Source of the DNA: a bacterium
GTDB taxonomy: Bacteria; Electryoneota; JAOADG01
DNA length: 64,000 nt
NCBI GenBank assembly: GCA_963681965.1
Contig: OY820579.1
Span: 3,264,001 to 3,328,000 of the forward strand
Reading direction: 5' to 3'
The notes under the pieces were generated by a model. That model was not told the DNA's origin, searched no databases, and saw only the letters and a list, made by a program, of their open reading frames with translations. This document shows, in pieces, positions 31,206 through 40,728 of the stretch (positions are counted from its first letter, which is position 1; each line of letters starts with the position of its first letter). The position numbers and the translations under genes are program-made.

Positions 31206-32422
31206 GCTTTATCCTTTTCATTCGATAGAATCAGGTGTCCCAATTCATCGCGTTTCGTTCGTAAATATGTCAGATTGTTCTTATTCGGCACGATCTCGAT
31301 CGGTACGCGTTCGACAATTTCCAGTCCATGACCATTCAACCCAACAATCTTGCGTGGATTGTTCGTCATCAAGCGGATCTTCTTGATTCCCAGATCGACT
31401 AATATCTGTGCACCGATACCGTAATCGCGCAAATCGTCGGCAAAGCCTAGAATCCGATTTGCTTCCACAGTATCGTGTCCTTCTTCCTGCAATTTGTAAG
31501 CTTTTAATTTCGGACCCAGACCGATTCCGCGACCTTCTTGACGCATGTACAACAGCACGCCCTGTCCTTCACGCTCGATCCGCGACAATGCCGCTTCCAA
31601 TTGCGGTCCGCAATCGCAGCGTGCCGATCCGAACACGTCGCCGGTTAAGCACTCGCTGTGAACCCGCACCAGTACCGGTTCTTCGGTAACGACATTACCC
31701 TTCACCAACGCGACATGATCCTTGTGATCCAACAACGAAAGGTAATGATACAGTCGGAAATTACCGAGCTTCGTCGGGAGTTGTACTTCAACTTCACGCT
31801 TAATCAACTTTTCCGTCCTTCGTCGATATTCGATCAAATCGGCAACACTCACGATCTTTAGATCGAATTCTTTTGCAATTTTACTCAATTCCGGCAATCG
31901 CGCCATAGTGCCGTCTTCGGCGAGAATTTCACACAACACGCCGATCGGGCGAAATCCCGCCAGCTTGGCTAAATCGACGGTGGCTTCGGTGTGACCGGCG
32001 CGTTCCAAAACGCCGCCATCCACTGCGCGCAATGGAAAGATATGCCCCGGTTTGCCGAATTCCTCGGGTTTCGTCTCGGGATTCGTCAACGCCCGAACGG
32101 TTGCCGAACGGTCGTAAACCGAAATACCGGTGGTGCAACCCGGGAGGTAATCGACCGATACCGTAAACGGGGTACTATGAAATGACGAGTTGTCGCTCGG
32201 ATTGACCATGTAATCCAGATCGAACCGCTTCGCCCACTCTTGATGCATCGGCACACAAACCAAGCCCCGTCCGTATTTCGAAAAGAAGTTAATCATGTCC
32301 GGTGTGGCGTTTTCGGCGGCAGTAACAAAGTCGCCTTCGTTTTCGCGGCTTTCGTCGTCAACCACAATCACACATTTCCCGGCTTTCAGATCGGCAATCG
32401 CCGACTCAATTTTGTCTAACAT
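31202..32422 (-). CDS. ribBA: Bifunctional DHBP synthase / GTP cyclohydrolase II
   Basis: [22 protein letters not shown]; [23 protein letters not shown]. Confidence 0.97.
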   Translation of the reverse strand: MLDKIESAIADLKAGKCVIVVDDESRENEGDFVTAAENATPDMINFFSKYGRGLVCVPMHQEWAKRFDLDYMVNPSDNSSFHSTPFTVSVDYLPGCTTGISVYDRSATVRALTNPETKPEEFGKPGHIFPLRAVDGGVLERAGHTEATVDLAKLAGFRPIGVLCEILAEDGTMARLPELSKIAKEFDLKIVSVADLIEYRRRTEKLIKREVEVQLPTKLGNFRLYHYLSLLDHKDHVALVKGNVVTEEPVLVRVHSECLTGDVFGSARCDCGPQLEAALSRIEREGQGVLLYMRQEGRGIGLGPKLKAYKLQEEGHDTVEANRILGFADDLRDYGIGAQILVDLGIKKIRLMTNNPRKIVGLNGHGLEIVERVPIEIVPNKNNLTYLRTKRDELGHLILSNEKDKA

Positions 32423-32431
32423 CTTCCTGCC

Positions 32432-33025
32432 TCATCGTTCGCGATGTTGTAACAAACGTTCTGTGTATTTTGCCAGAACATCGACTTCCAAATTGATTTT
32501 CGATCCCACCCGCCAGCGCTGCGCATTGGTGATCTGCAGCGTGTGCGGAATGAGCGCAACCGAAAAATCGTCGTTGCGGCATTTCGCAACGGTTAAACTG
32601 ATGCCATCCAGCGCCACCGACCCTTTTTCCGCAAGATATTTTTTACAGTCGAGCGGTGCGCGCAACCAGACTTCCCGGCTATCGCCCCGATGTTCGATCC
32701 GAATTACCGCTGCGATGCCATCGACATGCCCCTGCACAATATGTCCATCGAGTCGATCCGTCAATTGCAGTGCCCGTTCGAGATGAACGGTATCGCCCGT
32801 TTTATTGTCACCTAGAGTACTCCGATCAAGCGTTTCGGGAATCGCAATCACTGAAAATTCGGTTTCATTGCACGCTACAACCGTTTGGCATACACCGTTG
32901 ATCGCTACCGATTCATCGACTTTCAATTCCCCGGCAAACGACGCCGAAATCGTCAGTCGGATCGATCCGTTCTGTCGGTCGGTTCGCTTGATTGTCCCGA
33001 TACCATCGATTAATCCGGTAAACAT
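32432..33025 (-). CDS. ribE: Riboflavin synthase (alpha type)
   Basis: MFTGLI start, SVAINGVCQT, GHIVQGHVD, KGSVALDGISLT. Confidence 0.96.
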   Translation of the reverse strand: MFTGLIDGIGTIKRTDRQNGSIRLTISASFAGELKVDESVAINGVCQTVVACNETEFSVIAIPETLDRSTLGDNKTGDTVHLERALQLTDRLDGHIVQGHVDGIAAVIRIEHRGDSREVWLRAPLDCKKYLAEKGSVALDGISLTVAKCRNDDFSVALIPHTLQITNAQRWRVGSKINLEVDVLAKYTERLLQHRER

Positions 33026-33092
33026 GGTTCTTCGATCCGCCTCAATTAGGATAATGATACGTATACTTCAGAATGTCGTTGCTCTCATCAAG

Positions 33093-33206
33093 AAATTGTC
33101 GTCGGTAGTAGGGGCGGACCCCCGTGTCCGCCCGCAAATAATTGTAGGTACAGACACTCTTGTCTGTACAAGTTCGGCAAAGCCGAACATCGTATCACGA
33201 CAACTT
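33093..33206. repeat. MITE-like element, copy D (inside the rib operon)
   Basis: AAATTGTCGT...ACGACAACTT ends; GTAGGGGCGGACCCCCGTGTCCGCCC and GTAGGTACAGACACTCTTGTCTGTAC hairpins. Confidence 0.75.
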
Positions 33207-33231
33207 ACTTTCAAGTGATTCACAAGCAATG

Positions 33232-34323
33232 CTAATGCTTGATCTGCATCCGTAAATGAATATCGCTGCCGAACCGCTCGACCATCACTCGATCGAATGT
33301 CAACGCTTCACTGATATCGACAATCCCGAGATTGCCGAAGCCATCGTGCCCATCCGCGCCAATCAACTTCGGAGCGATCGCAACAATCAATTCGTCCGCC
33401 AGCTTGTGTCGCAAAAATGCTGTGGCAATATCGCGACCACCTTCGACTAAAATCCGCTGAATTCCCGTGCTCGATGCATACCGCATCAGATCGAACAAGC
33501 TGACATGATTATCCGCTGCGGGAAGTTCGACAATATCGGCGCCCGCTTTTTGTAAGATCCGTTGCCGATCGACGGCTTCGCCGGCAATTCCGCAAACATA
33601 TATTGGACTGGAAACGGTAAATAATTTGGCATTCACCGGTGTGCGAAAATGACTGTCGATTATGATCCGGATCGGATCGGGTCCTTTCGTGAGCACTACA
33701 TTCAACAGCGGATCGTCGGCGAGTACCGTACCGATGCCTACGGCGACAGCATCCACCGAAGCCCGCATCTGATGAACAAACTTCCGCGACTGTTCGCCGG
33801 TAATCCAGCGCGAACTGCCGTTCACTGTGGCGATCTTACCGTCGATCGTCTGAGCAATCTTTACGATCACATACGGCAATCCCGTAACCAGGTGCTTGAA
33901 GTATGCGGTATTGAGTGCGAGTGCTTCCTCGCGGCAAATGCCGTCAATCACTTCGATTCCGGCTTTCCGCAATGTCGAATATCCCCGCCCCGCAACAATC
34001 GGATTCGGATCCTGAATAGCACCGACTACTTTCGTTATTCCGGCATCGATAATGGCATTGGTACACGGTGGCGTTTTACCGTAATGACAACACGGTTCCA
34101 GCGAAACAAATAGCGTGGCACCATTCGCCTCGGATCCGGCACGATGAAGAGCAACCACTTCGGCATGCGGTCCGCCAAATTTCATGTGGGCACCGGAGGC
34201 AATCAAGTTGCCGTCTTTTACGATTACGGCACCAACCATCGGATTCGGTCCAACTTTACCGAAACCGCGTTGCGCAATCAGCAGGGCTTCACGCATCCAA
34301 TGTTCTTCGAATGAATCGCTCAT
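33232..34323 (-). CDS. ribD: Bifunctional riboflavin biosynthesis deaminase/reductase
   Basis: PNPMVGAV, HAE, LEPCCHYGKTPPC, VEGG. Confidence 0.97.
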   Translation of the reverse strand: MSDSFEEHWMREALLIAQRGFGKVGPNPMVGAVIVKDGNLIASGAHMKFGGPHAEVVALHRAGSEANGATLFVSLEPCCHYGKTPPCTNAIIDAGITKVVGAIQDPNPIVAGRGYSTLRKAGIEVIDGICREEALALNTAYFKHLVTGLPYVIVKIAQTIDGKIATVNGSSRWITGEQSRKFVHQMRASVDAVAVGIGTVLADDPLLNVVLTKGPDPIRIIIDSHFRTPVNAKLFTVSSPIYVCGIAGEAVDRQRILQKAGADIVELPAADNHVSLFDLMRYASSTGIQRILVEGGRDIATAFLRHKLADELIVAIAPKLIGADGHDGFGNLGIVDISEALTFDRVMVERFGSDIHLRMQIKH

Positions 34324-34334
34324 TTCGACCAACT

Positions 34335-34365
34335 AAAAAATCCCCTATGCATCATAGGGGATTTT
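34335..34365 (-). terminator. Intrinsic terminator (riboswitch expression platform)
   Basis: Minus strand AAAATCCCCTATG-ATG-CATAGGGGATTTTTT between the FMN aptamer and ribD. Confidence 0.85.
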
Positions 34366-34415
34366 CGAAGATGGTAACGAATGCGGGCAATTAATACAAT
34401 TGCTCGCTTTCGTTG

Positions 34416-34530
34416 GCATCTTCTTCTATCCGGACTCTACCGTCGGCATCGGAATTTCACCGATTCCTGCCACCGTAGTGGCTCGCGGGCTGTACCGCCG
34501 ATAGGGAATTTCACCCATCCCCGAAGACGC
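34416..34530 (-). ncRNA. FMN riboswitch (RFN element)
   Basis: Minus strand GCGTCTTCGGGGATGGGTGAAATTCCCTATCGGCGGTACAGCCCGCGAG...GGTGAAATTCCGATGCCGACGGTAGAGTCCGGATAGAAGAAGATGC matches the RFN consensus and lies upstream of ribD. Confidence 0.97.
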
Positions 34531-34598
34531 AATATGTTTGTTAAGTCTTTCTTATTCGTTACTTGACGATTACCGATAGAGATAATATACGAAAAAAA

Positions 34599-34919
34599 TC
34601 ACAATTCGTCGAGATGCTTCACCAACGTGTCCTTTGGCATCGCTCCGACTAACTGGTTCACGACCCTGCCGCCTTTGAAAAATAGCAGTGTTGGAATCGA
34701 GCGAATATTGAATTTCATCGCACTCGCCGGATTTTGATCGACATCCAGTTTCACGATCTTCACTTTGCCATCATACTCATCCGACAGTGCTTCCAGTGTC
34801 GGAGCAATCATTCGGCATGGTGCACACCACGGTGCCCAGCAATCGAGTAATACCGGCAACTTACTTTGCAGGACTTCCTTGTCGAAAGTCTGGTCGGTTA
34901 CTTCCAATGGTTTTGCCAT
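34599..34919 (-). CDS. trxA: Thioredoxin
   Basis: WAPWCAPC, IRSIPTL; ATG at 34919 follows AGGAG. Confidence 0.95.
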   Translation of the reverse strand: MAKPLEVTDQTFDKEVLQSKLPVLLDCWAPWCAPCRMIAPTLEALSDEYDGKVKIVKLDVDQNPASAMKFNIRSIPTLLFFKGGRVVNQLVGAMPKDTLVKHLDEL

Positions 34920-35033
34920 ACAAAAACTCCTGTTGCAACATTCGAACGACGAATTATCGTCAAGTTCTTCGAACGCCATCCTGATATTATTTTCTATAAT
35001 TATTATACAAAAAAACCTGCAAAATTCGAAATA

Positions 35034-36071
35034 CTATTTCAACGCTTTCCGTAAATATTCCGCTGCGATCTCCGGTGGTAACGGATTGATGTGCAGTCCG
35101 GTACCCCAGTCGAAGCCCGAGTTGACGTTCAATCGTGGTAAAATCTCGAAGTGCCAGTGCCAATCCATCTTCAGTGTATTCCAATAATTGCGTCGGTGTG
35201 CTTGAGCCGTTGTGTTCGGCGCATTATGCAACAACATGTTACACGGCGGATCGTTCAGTGCAATCTGGAATCGTTTCGAGATATCCGACAGCATTCGCGC
35301 CAGCGCAAATCGCTCGGAAGTGGTCATTTCGGTGTAATCGTGCGAATGGCGTCGCGGGGCAATGGCGATTTCAAATGGGAATCGCGATGCAAACGGAGCA
35401 AATGCGACAAATTCACCATTATCGGAAATTATCCGCTCGCCATCGCGCAATTCGTGATTCAATATATCGCAGTAGAGACATCGCTCTTTACGGTCGAAAT
35501 GTTCTTTCGCAGCATCCAATTCCATCGCGATCGTGCGCGGCGTAATCGGCGTTGCCAGCAATTGACTGAGGGGGTGTGCTACCGTCGCTCCGGCAGAGTG
35601 TCCGTAATTGCGGAAAAGGGTGACATAACGTAACCGCTCGTCGCGATACAGATCGCTCATCCGATGCGACCATATTTCCACGATTTGCGCCAGTTGATCG
35701 ATCGACATTTCCGAAAAAGGTTCATTGTGAACCGTCGATTCGATGATCACTTCATGCGCACCGACACCGGAGATTTTATCGTAAAGACCCAATCCCTCGC
35801 GATGAAGCGAGACTTCGGTCTGTAATGCCGAATACTTATTGGGTACCACTCGTTGTGCCCAGCCCGGTCCATTCGCTGGTGAACCCGGGGGTCGAATGGC
35901 AAATATTTCCGGCGGTGTACGATCTTCATTACCGGGACAGAACGGGCAGAAACGCCAGTCTTCACCGTCAATATTGACTTTCTCGGTAATAAAATCGTTC
36001 GGTCTCGCCATACGTTCCGATGCAATAATCACCCACCGCTTCTGCATTGGATCGTGTCGCAACTCCGACAT
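35034..36071 (-). CDS. galT: Galactose-1-phosphate uridylyltransferase (GalT-like, altered active site)
   Basis: SELRHDP, CPFCPGNE, PNKY, GAHEVIIE, HWHFEI; HPH motif reads HPL. Confidence 0.85.
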   Translation of the reverse strand: MSELRHDPMQKRWVIIASERMARPNDFITEKVNIDGEDWRFCPFCPGNEDRTPPEIFAIRPPGSPANGPGWAQRVVPNKYSALQTEVSLHREGLGLYDKISGVGAHEVIIESTVHNEPFSEMSIDQLAQIVEIWSHRMSDLYRDERLRYVTLFRNYGHSAGATVAHPLSQLLATPITPRTIAMELDAAKEHFDRKERCLYCDILNHELRDGERIISDNGEFVAFAPFASRFPFEIAIAPRRHSHDYTEMTTSERFALARMLSDISKRFQIALNDPPCNMLLHNAPNTTAQAHRRNYWNTLKMDWHWHFEILPRLNVNSGFDWGTGLHINPLPPEIAAEYLRKALK

Positions 36072-36079
36072 CTTCACTC

Positions 36080-37783
36080 CTAGTCTTTGTGACCACGCCA
36101 GACTTTAAAGTCGAGATCGGCGAACAAACCATCGCGCTCGGCGATCTCTTCCCAAGTAATACTTTCGTCTTCAGTCAATACTTCGTTCGCTGACAGTTTC
36201 GCCACGATTTCATACATCCGATCGAAATCGCGATGATGAACCCGAAAACGCATTTCCGAATAATCGCGTGCAGATACTGTCGAAATCAGGAATTGCCAGT
36301 CGGAAGACTCTAGTAAAAGTAACTCTCGACCGAGCTGTGACAAAGCCTTTCGCAATTCCGGATTACTTGTCTCGGAGTATTTGTCGACTGCTTCGAGCAT
36401 CCGTTGTTCGCAATCGTAGATGATTCCCCACGTCCATTCGGTATCTTCGTTATACCAAATGTGGTGGTAACCACCTTCACCCCAAGAGCCCTCGGGTAAC
36501 TCGATCCGATTCGCTACTTCGACTGAATTGTACTTCTCATTCAAAGTGATCGGTTGTGCGTTGGTTCCCTGTAATCGGCGAATCACTGCTTCGATCCATC
36601 GGATCCCTTCAAACCACCAATGACCGAACAATTCCGTATCGAACGGGGCACAGATCAACGGATTCGGGATCCCGTTCGCTTCCGCTTCCGCGAGCGTGGA
36701 TTTCACCAATTCGACAAAGTGATCCGCATTTTCATTGATCCGCCAATCGATCTTGCCAGTCTCGTATTCGAGCTTATCGCCCATATCGGCTTTCGCACCC
36801 GTCACACGCCAATACCGGTTACCGCCGGGAAAATGCTTTTTATGAAAATCGAGGTAGTAACCGTCACCCGGATAGCCATGCTCACCCGACCACACTTGCA
36901 GCGTCGTCTTCGGATGGCGGGTAAAGACACCTACCGGTTGTTTGTTATCGACATCGCCAATCCAGTGTAATTCATACGGGGTAGTCGGCTTCAACGGTTG
37001 TGCCGGGCGACTCGATTCGAACTGTTCCCACAGTTTCATCAACCCTTCGAATCGCGCTAGATACGCACCGATCGGTTTACCACCTTCGGTCAAATGCGAA
37101 TCGACGATGAAGTATCGCAAATTCACTTCATCCAATAATGCTTCGATGCCCAACCGCGTGTGCGGTATCCGCGATTCGCCTACCGGTGGGGTCCAGCGGT
37201 AACCCGGTCGATACGCACATTCCGGTAACCAGATGCCGTGCGGTTCGCGATGAAAGTGTTTCTTGTAGGTGTCGACACCGACTTTGAATTGTGCCCGTAA
37301 ACAATCGTCGTATCCCAGCAAGGGCGAATAGCCGTGTGTCGCAGAGCAGGTGATGATTTCAATCGCACCCAAATCCTGTAGCCGACGGAATTGTGCGATC
37401 AAATCGCTCTTATAATTCTTGCGGAATAAATCCAGTTGATGTTGGTAGAAATTGAGCCAGTAAGTTGCCAACTCAGCCAGATGTGTTTCTTCGGCTTCAA
37501 TAAAATTCTTGCGATCTTCTTCGCTGGCAGTGATCTTTAAATCAAGATATTCAGTCAATTCATCGGGAAACGAGAAGTCTGCCAATTGTTCCGCTAAGAC
37601 GGGCGTAATACCGATCGTGATCTTCGGCAGGATGCCGTCGTCGACCAGTCGGTCAAGCATCTCAATCAACGGTATGTAGCATTCCGTCGCGGCTTCAACC
37701 AACCAGACCGAACCGTGCGGCCATTTGCCGTGCGATATCACGTACGGTAAATGACTGTGTAAGACTAACGCAAAATTCCCCAT
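36080..37783 (-). CDS. GH57 1,4-alpha-glucan branching enzyme (DUF1957)
   Basis: LHSHLPYV, GIWLPECAY, PFDTELFGHWWFEG, SSDWQF. Confidence 0.93.
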   Translation of the reverse strand: MGNFALVLHSHLPYVISHGKWPHGSVWLVEAATECYIPLIEMLDRLVDDGILPKITIGITPVLAEQLADFSFPDELTEYLDLKITASEEDRKNFIEAEETHLAELATYWLNFYQHQLDLFRKNYKSDLIAQFRRLQDLGAIEIITCSATHGYSPLLGYDDCLRAQFKVGVDTYKKHFHREPHGIWLPECAYRPGYRWTPPVGESRIPHTRLGIEALLDEVNLRYFIVDSHLTEGGKPIGAYLARFEGLMKLWEQFESSRPAQPLKPTTPYELHWIGDVDNKQPVGVFTRHPKTTLQVWSGEHGYPGDGYYLDFHKKHFPGGNRYWRVTGAKADMGDKLEYETGKIDWRINENADHFVELVKSTLAEAEANGIPNPLICAPFDTELFGHWWFEGIRWIEAVIRRLQGTNAQPITLNEKYNSVEVANRIELPEGSWGEGGYHHIWYNEDTEWTWGIIYDCEQRMLEAVDKYSETSNPELRKALSQLGRELLLLESSDWQFLISTVSARDYSEMRFRVHHRDFDRMYEIVAKLSANEVLTEDESITWEEIAERDGLFADLDFKVWRGHKD

Positions 37784-37793
37784 TACATTCCCC

Positions 37794-39869
37794 CTATGGC
37801 CAATATTGCGAGCCATGTTCGCATACATCTAACCACGGGAACGAAACGTATCCGAATTCCGGAATCCGTTGCACAATATTTTCTTGTTCCCGTATCTCTA
37901 GCCGCACTTGTAGGTGATCCCCAATAACCGCCTCAAATGCGCTTCCTTTTATCGATAATTCTAAAATATCTAAATATTTACTAACGAAGTCTTGGGTCGG
38001 TTTCAGATTTTTCGACCAGATAAATTCGTGACTGCTTTGATCACGTTTCTGTAAAATCAATGCGATTGTATATCGCCCCGGATTTCGCAAAAACGAGCCT
38101 TCCAATGCAAAGAACAAATTGGTTCGATCGTAACCGAAGCGAATCTGCGTGACGGGAGCATCGCTGCGATGAATTGCACCACGCGATTCCACACAAATCT
38201 CCCCCGCACCCAACCATTCGCCGTAACCAGTCTCGCGCCCATCGATCATCACATCCAGCATTTTCGCCGGTAGCGACGCATTTTGTTCGATTCCGTGCCG
38301 TACCGGTTCCAATAAATCCGCGGGAATTTCCTGATTGGCTAATTCGTAAATCCGAACCAAATGACCACGGAACAATCGGTCGAATTCGGGATCGTTTTCC
38401 GAACGATTGATGTCACCATACCACCAGAACCAATCGGATGATTGCGCTACCATCAGATGGTGCATCGCTTCGTTCCGGTTTCCGATCGTAGCGGTTTTGA
38501 CTAATTGCGTTGCCCGATCCAGTTGCAGCCATGCCCGATTCTTTTCGTCGTCGCCGCACCAGATCCGGAAATTCGAATCGATCCACGATCCGCTCGCCAA
38601 CCATTCCAAGGGCACCGTTTCAATGCGCGGTAGTGTCTGCGAAGGGGTCGAGGAGTACCAATCGGTATCGCGCACAAATGATTGTGCCAACTGCGTCAAA
38701 AAGCCATCACCGCCATCGTCGTAATTTTCCCACGCATTTTCACCATCCAGTGCAACCGTTACGACTTCACTCAGCGCTTCCGGATTCCGTTGCGCATCCA
38801 ATCGTTTCCGCAAGTCTGCCAGTGCGGTTTCCGGTCGCCAAGAATGATAGCGAAATCCGATCGCATCGGAGATCTTGCGATCCCGGAAAAAAATCGCCAT
38901 CGCCCCATTCACCGTATCCAAGCGATAAACACGATTTCGTTCCGACATCGAAATTTCCCGCCGTAAACTACGCGCGAGAATCCCTTCGTCGGCAACCGTC
39001 CAACGGCACCCTTCGGCAACCGCCAATTCTACTGCTGCCGGTGAAACAGACCCTTCGGAAAACCAAATCCCATTCGGATCGGTATGCCACGTCGAGCGAT
39101 GAATATCAATGCCGGCTCTCAGTTGCGCGACTGCCAGATCGGGGTGTTGATACGGCGGTTTCGGAATCGTTTCGCCCGGAATCGCTTCACCGGCACAATC
39201 GGTATCGATCAGCAGCGGAATGATCGGGTGAGTAAGCGGCGATACGGTATATTCCAAGTGGTCGCCGATCGCACTCTTATATCGACCCAGCAGACCCATT
39301 ACTGTTTCCGCTTGTAACGACAACAGCGCTTGCTTCTCTTCTTCGGTGTAATTTTGACCCTTGGCTACCAGTGATGCCACAATCGGCGAATTCCGCAGCG
39401 TAAATCCGCACCACGCCAAATTGAACAACACCTGTAAGTCGCGGAGTTCCTGATGTGAAAACGATTTCGCGACGGAAATCCGATTCGCTTCCAACTGCCA
39501 GTTGCCGCGCTTATTCAAGAGCGATTTGAATCGCGGAAAGGGTTCGATCAGCGTCCGGTGATTTGCCCAAAACGATAGTGTCAATAATTGGATTCGCTCT
39601 TCCAGAGTCAATTCCCGTGCCGATTTCCGCGCTAGATAAAACGCGGTATCCGCACCATCGTCGGGATTCCATGCCAATAACTGTTCGATCAGCGTACCGG
39701 TCCAGTTGATCGTCCAATGCGCTTCGCCCCGCTGAAATGCCGTCAATAAATCGCTGTATCCTTTGCACGCGTGCAGCCGCACCCACGGCAATTTCGGTCG
39801 CTGTGTCCAAGGATCGCGATAATCCGGTTGATGGAAGTGCCAGATGAATTGTATCGGTGTGCGTGTCAT
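37794..39869 (-). CDS. GH57 amylopullulanase-like glycoside hydrolase
   Basis: WHFHQP, PWVRLH, HPIIPL, GIWFSEG, LDGENAWE, SSDWFWW. Confidence 0.92.
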   Translation of the reverse strand: MTRTPIQFIWHFHQPDYRDPWTQRPKLPWVRLHACKGYSDLLTAFQRGEAHWTINWTGTLIEQLLAWNPDDGADTAFYLARKSARELTLEERIQLLTLSFWANHRTLIEPFPRFKSLLNKRGNWQLEANRISVAKSFSHQELRDLQVLFNLAWCGFTLRNSPIVASLVAKGQNYTEEEKQALLSLQAETVMGLLGRYKSAIGDHLEYTVSPLTHPIIPLLIDTDCAGEAIPGETIPKPPYQHPDLAVAQLRAGIDIHRSTWHTDPNGIWFSEGSVSPAAVELAVAEGCRWTVADEGILARSLRREISMSERNRVYRLDTVNGAMAIFFRDRKISDAIGFRYHSWRPETALADLRKRLDAQRNPEALSEVVTVALDGENAWENYDDGGDGFLTQLAQSFVRDTDWYSSTPSQTLPRIETVPLEWLASGSWIDSNFRIWCGDDEKNRAWLQLDRATQLVKTATIGNRNEAMHHLMVAQSSDWFWWYGDINRSENDPEFDRLFRGHLVRIYELANQEIPADLLEPVRHGIEQNASLPAKMLDVMIDGRETGYGEWLGAGEICVESRGAIHRSDAPVTQIRFGYDRTNLFFALEGSFLRNPGRYTIALILQKRDQSSHEFIWSKNLKPTQDFVSKYLDILELSIKGSAFEAVIGDHLQVRLEIREQENIVQRIPEFGYVSFPWLDVCEHGSQYWP

Positions 39870-40723
39870 TTACTGGTATCTTTCGAACGAATCAACAGCG
39901 ATAGATCAAGTGGTTTTGCCGAATGCGTCAGTGCTCCGACCGCGACCAAATCGACGCCGGTACGGGCATACTCCGCCACATTTTCCAAAGTGATCCCGCC
40001 CGATGATTCCAATCGTGCTCGTCCCGCTGTAAGTAGTACTGCTTCGTGGACTTGCGGCACTGAAAAATTGTCCAATAGAATCTCAGTCACACCCGCATCC
40101 AGCGCAAGCTGCAATTCATCGATGGTCTCGACTTCCAGTTCAAAGACGTGTCCGGTTTTCTTCGTTTCCAGAATCGTTTTGAGTTTACTCAGGACTACGT
40201 GAAGACCATCGCCGGCAACCAGATGATTCTCTTTCAGCAATCCGCCGGTAGACAAATTAGCCCGGTGATTCGTGCCGCCACCCATTAAAACGGCATACTT
40301 CTCGGCAGCCCGCATTCCCGGTATCGTCTTGCGCGTGTCGCGAACCAAACAATTCGTGCCGGCAACCGCATTCACATATTTCCCGGTCAAGGTCGCAATA
40401 CCCGACAGATGCGATAGAAAATTCAGTGCCGTCCGTTCTCCGGTCAAAATCGGGCGCAATCGTCCCGAAAGCTGTACCCACGGGGCACCGGCTTGTACCT
40501 GATCGCCGTCCTGAACCAGCCATTTTTGGTCGACACCGGTTCCCGCTTGGCGAAAAGCTTCTTCCGCCGCATGAATTCCGCAAACAATCCCATCGACCCG
40601 GCTAAAGATCTCTGCCTTACCGGTACTCTCTTCACTTACAAAGGTTAAGGTTGTCACATCCGAGTAGGCGCCATCTTCGTGGAGTGCGCGTGTAACCAGA
40701 TCTGACCAATCAATTTGCGACAA
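39866..40723 (-). CDS. nadC: Quinolinate phosphoribosyltransferase
   Basis: ERTALNFL, SGIAT, DTRKT, GGTNHR, LLDNF, SGGIT, GALTHS. Confidence 0.96.
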   Translation of the reverse strand: MSQIDWSDLVTRALHEDGAYSDVTTLTFVSEESTGKAEIFSRVDGIVCGIHAAEEAFRQAGTGVDQKWLVQDGDQVQAGAPWVQLSGRLRPILTGERTALNFLSHLSGIATLTGKYVNAVAGTNCLVRDTRKTIPGMRAAEKYAVLMGGGTNHRANLSTGGLLKENHLVAGDGLHVVLSKLKTILETKKTGHVFELEVETIDELQLALDAGVTEILLDNFSVPQVHEAVLLTAGRARLESSGGITLENVAEYARTGVDLVAVGALTHSAKPLDLSLLIRSKDTSK

Positions 40724-40728
40724 GTCTC

